In this document: positions 52,380-62,907 of the stretch, one piece after another
Layout of the letters: each line of letters starts with the position of its first letter
Numbering within the stretch: position 1 is the stretch's first letter
Assembly: GCA_965235115.1 (NCBI GenBank)
Contig: OZ249441.1
Span: 5,890,001 to 5,954,000 of the forward strand
DNA length: 64,000 nucleotides
Direction: 5' to 3'
Source: Laetmonice hystrix
Lineage: Eukaryota
Translations under genes and position numbers: made by a program
Notes under the pieces: model-generated
What the model was told of the DNA's origin: nothing
What the model saw: the letters and a program-made list of their open reading frames with translations, nothing else
Database searches by the model: none

Positions 52380-53245
52380 CAGAAACAAGTTGTTTACGCG
52401 CTGTGTAAGCCGCATAAGTCGGAAACTATTAACTGTAGAGAAAAACACTTAATGTAGCGGTTGTAGGGAAAGACCTGGAGATTCTTCTCCACCAAGTTTC
52501 ATAAAGATACGGTCAGGGGTTTGGGATATATAAAAGGCTTCTCTAAGGTTGGCACGGTACTGAGGTCAAAGGTCATGAAGTGCTAAAAATAGCAAAATCC
52601 CGAGAAAATATCCACAGTTGTCTTTTCCCCAAATTAGGACTTTCTAGCCCCGGTAGTTTTTGAGCTGACGTCAAGTAAGCGCCCAACCACTTCGAAAATG
52701 TTGAAGGTCACACAGAGGTCATCTGGGGTCACAGGAACGTGTCCTCCGGGAAATCTAAATTTGGCACATAGATGACCCTGCTGACCAAATTTGATGTTAT
52801 TCCAGCCAGTATTTTCCGAGTTATGGCTTTGGCAAAAAAATGGCACGTGCCATTTTTTTTAGATCAGCCGCCATCTTGAAAGTTCTGGGTCAACCAAACT
52901 GGTTTTCGAACTTGTCCAAGCCCCGGATGAAAGAAGGCCGACATACCAATTTTGGATCGATTCAGGCTATTTTTCTCGCGTTATCGTGATCACAGCACAA
53001 GTTGGCACATTCGTGCCACAGAAGAGGTCAAAGGTCAAATGGCACTATAAGTAGAAACAAAGATTTTTCAGAAGGTTCTGTCGGGCCATTTCAAATTTGA
53101 TAACTCCCTCTCTAACAGTGGCCGAGTTATTCCAAAAAGAAGAAAATAAAAGAAACAAAGAAAGAAAGAAAGAAAGAGAGAGAGCGGTCAGAAACAGCGT
53201 GCAAAACAAAACGTCTCCCCCAGCTGGGGGGAGACGTAATTAAAT
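52380..53245 (+). mobile_element. Putative non-autonomous Helitron/Helentron-like element
   Basis: 3' GC-rich hairpin acgtctcccccag/ctggggggagacgt (53211-53237) after an (aaag)n tract and followed by an AT-rich end; internal gccgccatcttg. The 5' boundary is uncertain. Confidence 0.45.
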
Positions 53246-53823
53246 GAAGAGTTAATGAACCAATGTTCATACTATATTGTGTGTATTGTTTTCTATTTCA
53301 AAGCTAAACATATAAAACCGTTAAGGTAACATATTAACATACTTCTAGGCATAATGGATTGTGTAAATGTGCAGCTAGTACAGGAAACGTTTGAGGTGAA
53401 AAATTAGAAAGCTCTTGTCACATAATTTGTGGAATGCCTCCATTATAGGACATCTATACAAGACGACCATTTACTATGGACTATGTTTGTGTATGAAATG
53501 TTACTTTAAGAAGGCTGTCCATGATATGACCTGAATGTGACCGCTTGATCGGTTGTCAAAAGGAGTCTTCAGTCTTTCAACATCATTTCCGGATTCAGAA
53601 CTCTTTCTGCCACTACAAATAAACCACAGACACATCTCTATATTTCATGTAGGCCGATACAGTGTACCTTTCCCCATAGTATGACCTTTACTAGAGAGAA
53701 CCAGAAAGCCGAAGCCACTACACGATGGTAGTTCGGTTCCGCTATCTTTCTCAGTCAATGTGGTCTTTTATATTCTCATAACCTCGAATTTCTCTCTTCT
53801 GCGCGACAGCTGCAGGAGTCAGA

Positions 53824-54105
53824 AGATGTGTCAAATTGATGTAATAGTCATTTTCACAGGAGATGTGTCAAATTGATGTGATAGTCATTTTTACAGATGT
53901 GTCAAATTGATGTGATAGTCATTTTTACAGGAGATGTGTCAAATTGATGTGATAGTCATTTTTACAGGAGATGTGTCAAATTGATGTGATAGTCATTTTC
54001 ACAGGATATGTGTTAAATCGATGTGATAGTCATTTTCACAGCATATGTGTCAAATTGATGTGATAGTCATTTTTACAGATGTGTCAAATCGATGTGATAA
54101 TCATC
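53824..54105. repeat. 35-37-bp minisatellite, about 7.5 copies
   Basis: Unit gatgtgtcaaattgatgtgatagtcatttttacag(ga). Confidence 0.95.
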
Positions 54106-54744
54106 TTTAAAGGCGATGACCGGTCTGCCCTTGCTTTTAGCGGCAATGTTGTTTACACTCGAAGTGTATCGATCGTCATGTTTTTTATGCCTGTCGTTAT
54201 GAGCCATGTTGAAACCATTCACTCGACCGTCGTCCCACAAACCTGAACGTGCCGACAGCTACGCCCACATGCAGCATGACACGATAGGCTGGTATACCAT
54301 TCATATATCTTTATCTACAGTCGGACTGCAATATGAAACTTTTAGTTGAGTGTGCCGGTAAACAGTAAACTGACCGTCCTACTCGAATGGTCCTATAGAA
54401 TTACACATCAATATGTATTATCGCTCAGTGCTTTTCATGGGATATATCTGTTTTCCTCAGTTATTCCTGCATGCATGCTTGAGTTCATTTAGTGGAGCAA
54501 GATAGAAGGTATACCACTTCGATTGGGGGTTGTTTTTGTTCCACCGCCGTATTGTATGTATTGTATTCTGAAAAAGATGAGTTTTTAGATCTTCTTTGAG
54601 ATAATAACTTCCAAGAATCTGGTGATTTAGAGACGGGCTACCTTCGGTATAACCTGGGTCTCGGGATCAGGAGGGTGGCTGAATCTGGTGATGCTCAGAC
54701 ATCTCGGGCCTCCTATCCCTGTAGGCCTTACACCTTAACCCATT

Positions 54745-54972
54745 CTCCTAACTTGTAACCCCTAACCCCTAACTCCTAACTTCTAACCCCTAACTCCTAA
54801 CTTCTAACTTGTAACCCCTAACTCCTAACTCCTAACTTCTAACCCCTAACCCCTAACTCCTAACTTCTAACCCCTAACTCCTAACTTCTACCCCCTAACT
54901 CCTAACTTCTAACCCCTAACTCCTAACTTGTAACCCCTAACTCCTAACTTGTAACCCCTAACCCCTAACCCC
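54745..54972. repeat. Telomere-like heptamer array (TAACCCC/TAACTCC/TAACTTC/TAACTTG)
   Basis: 7-bp periodicity, about 32 units. Confidence 0.93.
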
Positions 54973-56559
54973 AATCTCGTGGCAATGTTGCAGTAACATG
55001 TAGCCGCCATGTTTCACGTAGACACTGGAACCATCGAGGGTGGAGCGGACGGGGCCGCAGACTAATATTTCATTACTGGTTTTGGTAAAAAAAAAAGAGT
55101 AGAGATCGTTAAGTCGGCGCCGCCTCAATATAGCTCTTTACAGCGGCAAAGTCCTATAATAAATATGTGACTTTGAGGCAAGCAGTAATCTTCACTGCCT
55201 AAACGCCAACTAAAAATACATGGCTTTTTAATCTTTTAACCTCCATTGTTTTATCGTTGTGTTTTATCATGGTATTATTGTTGTCCAGCTACACTGATGT
55301 ACATAATGGGACAAATCTATATACATTGTATACTTCAGTCTGAGAAAGGAAGAATAAGCCTCATTATAAAATCAGATAAATTTTCACATCTCGAAGACAA
55401 ACGTCCTGGGCTGACAAATATGCAAACCAGGCTTATGACAATTGTGATCGAGTGTTTGATGTTCTACTCTGTTTTCACAGAACCCCCTGCACCAGTTCTG
55501 TAGTAACTCGTCAATTTCTCCCCATTTCCGCCTTTTGTGTCATATTTATATATATAGGCCATACTTTTTTCAAAATGTCCTTCAAAATTCTGAACGATCT
55601 TCAATTTAAATTTTATCCTCTTAAATGCTAATAGCTCCATCCCCTAATCTATTATTTTGGTGCATCCATCATTCCACTCCACCGCGCACCAACAATCAAT
55701 ACATACACATCTATATTCTACAGTCTTGAGTATGTTAGATCTCATGAACAGAGTGCAGCGCACGCCGCCGCCGGTTGCCGCCACTGCAGGATCGCCGGCT
55801 TTAGGATCCTTCCAGGGGGCAACCAGCCAGGGGGGTCACTCGGTACAACCTATGGAGAAATCTATTTCTCTTGGCAGATTGTGCAATACGCCTGGGTCAT
55901 AGCCTTCTCCAGCCAAGCTATCTCCCGAACCCCGGTTCCCCATAGAAAAAGGCAGTTAATGATGTCTGGGACCCACAAAGTCTACCCTGCACTACAATCA
56001 CCCCACCCTCCCATTCCACCCTCTCCAGACGATCGATACAGCCACGGACAGGGGTGCTATCACTGACAGCGTACCCCAGTACAACCACGGATCCCGTGGG
56101 GTAGTCGGAACGATGTCTCCTAGCTTGTTATATTGAAGGTAAAACCCAGGGAAAATTTCACCGGTGCTCCTAGAATATTTAATTCTCAAAAAGGCGGATC
56201 TGCAGAGTCATAAAGTAATAATACTTGTATTTATAAGTCTATACATACCTGTACATTTCTGTATTAATTTCCTGTTGCTGTCCTACTTCTTATGGACATA
56301 CACGTACATGCAATGTATGTGCATGCATGCAGTGTATGTGCACGCACAACCTTTTAATTGTAAGCCTACATTACTTATTTCCTTGCATATTTGCATGCAT
56401 TCGCACCAATATTATGTGGTTTATGAATCTATGTATATAGTGGAATGTGGCTATTATTATATAGCATGTGCATACATAATATATCAGGTATTTTTCAATG
56501 TTTCAAAACACTAGAACAGTAAGACAGGTTTCACTTACCTTATAGCAGTGTATTGTGAG

Positions 56560-57912
56560 AGTAATTCCTGTGGGTGTCTGCCACAGTCAGTGTCACTGTT
56601 AGTGATCCCTGTGGGTGTCTGCCACAGTCAGTGTCACTGTTAGTGATCCCTGTGGGTGTCTGCCACAGTCAGTGTCACTGTTAGTGATCCCTGTGGGTGT
56701 CTGCCACAGTCAGTGTCACTGTTAGTGATCCCTGTGGGTGTCTGCCACGGTCAGTGTCACTGTTAGTAATCCCTGTGGGTGTCTGCCACAGTCAGTGTCA
56801 CTGTTAGTGATCCCTGTGGGTGTCTGCCACAGTCAGTGTCACTGTTAGTGATCCCTGTGGGTGTCTGCCACAGTCAGTGTCACTGTTAGTGATCCCTGTG
56901 GGTGTCTGCCACAGTCAGTGTCACTGTTAGTGATCCCTGTGGGTGTCTGCCACAGCCAGTGTCACTGTTAGTGATCCCTGTGGGTGTCTGCCACAGTCAG
57001 CATCACTAGTAATCCCTGTGGGTGTCTGCCACGGTGAATGTCACTGATAGTGATCCCTGTGGGTGTCTGCCACAGTGAATGTCACTGATAGTAATCCCTG
57101 TGGGGGCATGCCACAGTCAGTGTCACTGTTAGTAATCCCTGTGGGTGTCTGCCACAGTCAGTGTCACTGTTAGTAATCCCTGTGGGTGTCTGCAACAGTC
57201 AGTGTCACTGTTAGTGATCCCTGTGGGTGTCTGCCACAGTCAGTGTCACTGTTAGTAATCCCTGTGGGTGTCTGCCACAGTCAGTGTCACTGTTAGTGAT
57301 CCCTGTGGGTGTCTGCCACAGTCAGTGTCACTGTTAGTGATCCCTGTGGGTGTCTGCCACAGTCAGTGTCACTGTTAGTGATCCCTGTGGGTGTCTGCCA
57401 CAGTCAGTGTCACTGTTAGTGATCCCTGTGGGTGTCTGCCACAGTCAGTGTCACTGTTAGTGATCCCTGTGGGTGTCTGCCACAGTCAGTGTCACTGTTA
57501 GTAATCCCTGTGGGTGTCTGCCACAGTCAGTGTCACTGTTAGTAATCCCTGTGGGTGTCTGCCACAGTCAGTGTCACTGTTAGTAATCCCTGTGGGTGTC
57601 TGCCACAGTCAGTGTCACTTTTAGTAATCCCTGTGGGTGTCTGCCACAGTCAGCATCACTGTTAGTGATCCCTGTGGGTGTCTGCCACAGTCAGCATCAC
57701 TGTTAGTGATCCCTGCGGGTGTCTGCCACAGTCAGTGTCATGTTAGTAATCACTGTGGGTGTCTGCCACAGTAAGCATTACTAGTAATCCCTGTGGGTGT
57801 CTGCCACAGTCAGTGTCACTGTTAGTAATCCCTGTGGGTGTCTGCCACAGTCAGTGTCACTGTTAGTAATCCCTCTGGGTGTCTGCCACATTCAGCATCA
57901 CGAGTAATCCCT
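56560..57912. repeat. 41-bp minisatellite, about 33 copies
   Basis: Unit gtRatccctgtgggtgtctgccacagtcagtgtcactgtta. Confidence 0.98.
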
Positions 57913-58491
57913 GTTATCGTTATCCGTATGAATACGTCTGTACAGACAGCATCACCATTAGATATTGGGCGTTGGTGATGACAGACGAGGAAAACCCCAC
58001 AGAGAGAGAGAGTCAACCGGTGATCGTGCGGGAAGACTGACTCGGATGAAATGGGACGCGATATCAACCAATGACATCCGTTGGATCAGACGGATGGCCA
58101 CGGATGGCGTTTCGTAACGCCTTCTTCTCTTGATACTGCCGATCGGACAGCTCTGACACCCCGGAATGAAATAAATGATCCGACAGGTGTGTGGTGGGTG
58201 TGGGATAGGTTCTGGAAGCACCTGTCTGTCGGTCTGTGCAGGTAGAAATCTCCGTGCAGGTAACACACACACATAGACCGACCTTCTGCCTCACCTGGCT
58301 TCACCAACATGTCATTCACGGCACACCTTCACAAAGTCCGTGCTTCCCTCCGGCACGATGCGTGCACGAGCGTTCAGCAGACGGACGGACGCACGTGTGT
58401 GCACGCGCAGAGCGCAGTCAAATAACACGTGACATGCAAGGAATCCCAGTGGACAAAAAATATATAAATATGCCAGTAGTTAAGCCTATGT

Positions 58492-58571
58492 CAGTGGCGG
58501 ATCCAGAGGAAAGGGGGAGGGGGGGGGAGGTACGGGGTTACAACCCCCCTTCCTCTGGATCACACCCCTTG
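58492..58571. mobile_element. Short MITE-like element with inverted gatccagagga termini
   Basis: cagtggcggatccagagga ... tcctctggatcacacccc. Confidence 0.5.
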
Positions 58572-58587
58572 GCGCCAGTACATCGCC

Positions 58588-58762
58588 CGTGATAAGTTAA
58601 CACCCACGAAATCTGGTCGAAAGTAGGCCCTAACGATCCATATAGCCCCGACCTTATGCCTAACCCCTAAACCCGGTCCCTACACCTCCCAAAAACGTAT
58701 CCTTAGCCTATCCCTATCCCTGACCTTACCTCAAACCCCTCTCAAAACATTTTGTGGGGAAG
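58588..58762 (+). mobile_element. Dispersed repeat with a degenerate cctaac-rich core, copy A
   Basis: Aligns by eye to the reverse complement of 63390-63552. Confidence 0.75.
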
Positions 58763-59424
58763 GCTGGTGGTAACGTAGGCCTAACGATAGAGGGCGCCTT
58801 GAGAGGCCGTATGTTCTTCTGATTTTTCATATTTTTTCTGTTTATTCCTGTATAAAAGTTAATTTCAGATGCGAAGTGTGTAGGGTCAATGCCTAAAAGC
58901 ACCCCTACATCATACGTACTCCTAAAATACGTTCTCCCAAACAGGCCTATAGATATCACCGGGGAGCGGCTTACAGGCCCGCCCTCTGCCGGCAATATCG
59001 CGAACCGTCATTTTGCCGATCACGGAGAAAGTGCCTTCTTGCCTTCTCTGTGTGATGTTTTCTAACCTCGTCTGACGTCACCAACACGTAAAACCTCTAT
59101 AATTGTTTAGTGACCCCCCCCCCCTCCCGATCCTTTATCAAGGGCCGTGAAAATGTTCTTCTTTGCAAGAAATTTAGGGTCTCTGTTCCCAGTCTAACAG
59201 CAAATGTTCTTCAGAAACGTGGTTCTTATGCACTGTGAAGTGGACCGTCGTAAAGCTCACTTATTTCATGGCCACCAGAGGTCACCAGTAGTATAAATAG
59301 TGACGACAAGACTGCCACCTAGCGACTTCTAGCAATATCACGGCAGAAATTCCAAAGCGTGTGAAATCAACGCTGTCTTTTAGATGCTTTTCAGCCAAAA
59401 ACATTATGTCACAATGGATGCCTT

Positions 59425-59720
59425 GTACTCTCAAGTTTCATGTGATGTTGTTAGCCAATCCGTACTTTACTCTCAAGTTTCATGTGACGTTGTTAGCCAA
59501 TCCGTACTTTACTCTCAAGTTTCATGTGACGTTGTTAGCCAATCCGTACTTTACTCTCAAGTTTCATGTGACGTTGTTAGCCAATCCGTACTTTACTCTC
59601 AAGTTTCATGTGACGTTGTTAGCCAATCCGTACTTTACTCTCAAGTTTCATGTGACGTTGTTAGCCAATCCGTACTTTACTCTCAAGTTTCATGTGACGT
59701 TGTTAGCCAATCCGTACTTT
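59425..59720. repeat. 42-bp minisatellite, 7 copies
   Basis: Unit tactctcaagtttcatgtgacgttgttagccaatccgtactt. Confidence 0.97.
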
Positions 59721-59869
59721 AAATGATCTACTTTATATTATCAGCAGTAGGGCGCCTTCCTAAAGTGCTAGAGACGAGGGCTGGTTGAAGGTTGAGTCTA
59801 AAATCATGTTTGACTGCAAGGAGGAAAGTGGGATGGGGGGGGGCAATTAAAAGGGCCCCAGAAACTCTT

Positions 59870-60111
59870 GAAATACTTACCCTCGAACCCCAGGGACACC
59901 ATGTTAAAATTTCAGGTTCGAGCGATAAGTGAAAATATTTAAAAAACGGAGTTATGTTAGGGCCCCGTGTGTATGTCCAAATATGGCGGCGGAATCGGAG
60001 TGGACGCCAGCAGGACAGCGGAGACATATTTTTCCATTCCATTTTCAAAATACTTTGGCTCGAACCTGAAATTTTAACATGGTGTCCCTGGGGTTCAAGG
60101 GTAAATATTTC
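59870..60111. mobile_element. MITE with 54-bp near-perfect terminal inverted repeats
   Basis: gaaatacttaccctcgaaccccagggacaccatgttaaaatttcaggttcgagc versus the reverse complement of the 3' end, 2 mismatches. Confidence 0.88.
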
Positions 60112-60205
60112 TAGAATAAATTTAATCGATCGAATCCTATATTTATTTATGTTGTCTCCAACAGTAACAACAAGTGCACACATTTCACCCGGTTCAAATT
60201 GAATA

Positions 60206-60211
60206 TTTATT
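60206..60211 (-). terminator. Candidate polyadenylation signal (AATAAA) of the calmodulin-like gene
   Basis: AATAAA on the minus strand about 225 nt downstream of the stop codon; positional inference only. Confidence 0.45.
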
Positions 60212-60436
60212 TCTTAAAGCTGGCGCACATTGGCACGACTCAACTGCGATGCGACCACACTCCTCACGACCAGACAATGTGACTTCGGACCGAGTCGTAC
60301 TCGGGTCAGACTATAGTGTAGACTGAAGTTTTACTTGAACAACGCGAAGACTCTCATAAATAGTAACGTATTTAAAAAAAGACGAGGATTTATATACTTA
60401 TACTTATACAGAGTGTTTAGGTCTACACAACCTACA

Positions 60437-60632
60437 CTAAGTGCTCTGAAGGGCATTTAAGAACTCATCGAAAGAAATCTTCCCATCCTTGTTTGTGTCG
60501 ACTTTGGCAATGATGGTTGTTATTTCGTCGTCCGTGATACTCTCCTTGGCCACAGTGCGCAGTTCGCCTGGTGTTATAAAACCATCGCTGTTCCTGTCAT
60601 ACTGACCGAACTTCTGGCGCAACACCATGATC
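60437..60632 (-). CDS. Calmodulin-like protein, coding exon 3 (T-IMVLRQKFGQYDRNSDGFITPGELRTVAKESITDDEITTIIAKVDTNKDGKISFDEFLNALQST*)
   Basis: Acceptor ctgtctctgtggtttcag|G, two canonical EF loops (DRNSDGFITPGE, DTNKDGKISFDE), TAG at 60437-60439. Spliced CDS 147+101+196 = 444 nt = 147 aa + stop, with calmodulin-like spacing. Confidence 0.92.
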
Positions 60633-60970
60633 CTGAAACCACAGAGACAGGTGTTATAAAACCATCGCTGTTCCTGTCATACTGACCGAACTTCTGCCAC
60701 AACACCATGATCCTGAAACCATAGAGACAGGTGTTATAAAACCATCGCTGTTCCTGTCATACTGACCGAACTTCTGGCGCAACACCATGATCCTGAAACC
60801 ACAGAGACAGGTGTTATAAAACCATCGCTGTTCCTGTCATACTGACCGAACTTCTGGCGCAACACCATGATCCTGAAACCACAGAGACAGGTGTTATAAA
60901 ACCATCGCTGTTCCTGTCATACTGACCGAACTTCTGGCGCAACACCATGATCCTGAAATCACAGAGACAG
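60570..60970. repeat. 80-bp x5 tandem repeat containing the intron-2 acceptor and the 5' part of calmodulin-like exon 3
   Basis: gtgttataaa recurs at 60571, 60651, 60731, 60811 and 60891; each unit reads ctgtctctgtggtttcag|GATCATGGTGTTGCGCCAG... on the minus strand. Confidence 0.97.
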
Positions 60971-61523
60971 GTCGGAAGAGCTCAAATAAGGCTTCTTATT
61001 TTTACGAAATTGTAGGTCCTGAAGGAACCTTTTGCAACTCTTAAATCCCCTTTAGAGTAAAACTCTTTTAATGACGTTTTAATGGAGTTACCAATCACAG
61101 TCAGTGTTCCATTTGCACGCAAGAACCATGCAATGTGTTTTTTTTTATTAAAAGGTAGCCGTGAATAAAGTTCTTTTTACGGACATCCCAATATATGTTG
61201 ACCGAAAAACAGCCTGGGTGTATATATAGTGTGTTTACTCTTGCAAGGCCACGGTCGCTGAGTCTTACTGACAAACGTGTGGCTTCAACACGAGCACCCC
61301 AAGAAAAACTCTTGGTATCTGAATGGTGTCTCCGGCACTCCCACTCTCCGTCTACCACTGACCCCGTTATATGGGATCGGAGCTGGCCATTATGTCAGCG
61401 GCCTTCTCAGACTGAACAGACCTTATTGAAGCCAGGGATTTCTTTTCAAAATATATTTGGGAATCATCATAAATACTTTCTAGAAATGTTTTACGATGGT
61501 ATATTTATAAGTAAATGAATTAC

Positions 61524-61624
61524 GTCATTTCTCTTCTATGTGCCTCCAGCGCGATGAGTGCCGTGCAGAACTCTTTGAAACAGACGTCGCCGGACTTGTC
61601 CGTGTCCATAAACTTCATCAAGTC
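61524..61624 (-). CDS. Calmodulin-like protein, coding exon 2 (DLMKFMDTDKSGDVCFKEFCTALIALEAHRREM + AC)
   Basis: Acceptor ccttctgttgtag|GAC, EF-hand loop DTDKSGDVCFKE, phase-2 donor AC|GTAATT. 101 nt, phase-compatible with exons 1 and 3. Confidence 0.9.
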
Positions 61625-62233
61625 CTACAACAGAAGGTTGTCCCCTTACTCCACCATGCTAACCGGGATTAGGAGGTAGGGGGATTCTAGGACACTAATA
61701 AATAATTTAAAAAAGAACATCTAGGATTTTTATAAAACACTAAAATTGAGTCATACAGCGTTGGTATAGATAGTAACAGTTGGATCATTCAAGATTAAAA
61801 ATCTCTGGTTAGATCTGGTTTCGGGAACCCTCCCCCCCCCCCCCTCCCCGTCCTGGCGGGATTTGGAGCCCAAACTGACGACCGTTAGCTAAAGATCGTT
61901 CCCTGTTCATAAAACAAATGGTTTTACTATTATTGAATCCCCGTTTTTTGGTCAAAAAATTGCCATTTCCCCCAGCTGGTAATGAGGTTTCTATTTGTGA
62001 ACATGTATTCTTATTTACTGCTGTCTCCTCTTTATATTTCAATTCAGTTTGATAAAGGAGCAGTTTTGAACCTGTGTGTGGGATTTCCAACAATATATCA
62101 CTAGGCCTTCCGCCTACTGCTCCTGGCATAGACGTTAGGCCAACTGTACTTGTCCTTTTAGATAAAAGCCTACACTAACTAAACAGGCTATACCGCAAAT
62201 ATGAAGCAGTCACATGGGGGTGGGGGGGGGGGG

Positions 62234-62470
62234 TATGGAATACCGGCGACGACAAGCGAGATGCGAGAAACGACATGGGACCGAACAGTGTCAATTTAGC
62301 ACATAGAATGTTTCTTATTGACACCGACATCAAGATCCACTACTCAATTAGTGCCTATTTAACAATAATTTTGGGGTTAAAGTGAAAACTAACACTAACC
62401 CTAGGCCTAACCTTTACCCTAACCCAAACACACTGTCTGGCATCTCGCATGTCGTCGCCGGTATTCCATA
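62234..62470. mobile_element. About 237-bp MITE, copy 2, inside intron 1 of the calmodulin-like gene
   Basis: Highly similar to 51946-52181; flanked by G runs. Confidence 0.9.
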
Positions 62471-62760
62471 GGGGGGTGACACGCCCGGCTACAAGAAACG
62501 AAATTCTTTCTTATTTTGGCTTTTAGGTCTGCTGCTTGTTTTTTTAGTGAACACCAACCTTGCATTGATCGGACCGGGATCATACATTGTGATAACGGCT
62601 GTATTAATACCATGTTTCCCTACGAAACTCAATACTTCACAAAACGACCTCTCGAGTAGCACTATGTCTACCTTATTTCTCATGGTATAGCATGGCACCA
62701 TAGCACCATGGTACCATGGTACCATGGCACGTGTGCCAGAAGCGGAAGCTGTGTCTATAC

Positions 62761-62907
62761 CTCAATGTTTTTGTCGTTTGGCTTCATTCCCGCTGTCTCC
62801 ATGAGGGCCTTTAGCTCGCGCTGACAGATTCTTCCGTCTCCACTGACGTCGATTTCGTCAAACGCCTTCTTCAGGGCCTGCAGGACGGACTCGGTGTTCT
62901 TGGCCAT
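62761..62907 (-). CDS. Calmodulin-like 4-EF-hand protein, coding exon 1 (MAKNTESVLQALKKAFDEIDVSGDGRICQRELKALMETAGMKPNDKNIE)
   Basis: Hand translation. ATG in strong Kozak context (cACCATGG), EF-hand loop DVSGDGRICQRE, ends GAG|GTATAG (phase-0 donor). 147 nt = 49 codons. Confidence 0.92.

Noticed and set aside
33289-57912. CRISPR-like appearance of regular 25-41-bp repeats
   Set aside because: Units are head-to-tail with no unique spacers, there are no cas genes, and the context is eukaryotic.
61521-61624. Two-exon, two-EF-hand gene ending at ACG TAA
   Set aside because: The TAA overlaps a GTAATT donor that splices in phase to exon 3, giving a full four-EF-hand protein. Intron retention could still yield this form.
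62706-62727. 22-bp perfect palindrome (CCATGGTA)n near the intron-1 donor
   Set aside because: It arises trivially from an 8-bp self-complementary micro-repeat, with no evidence of function.
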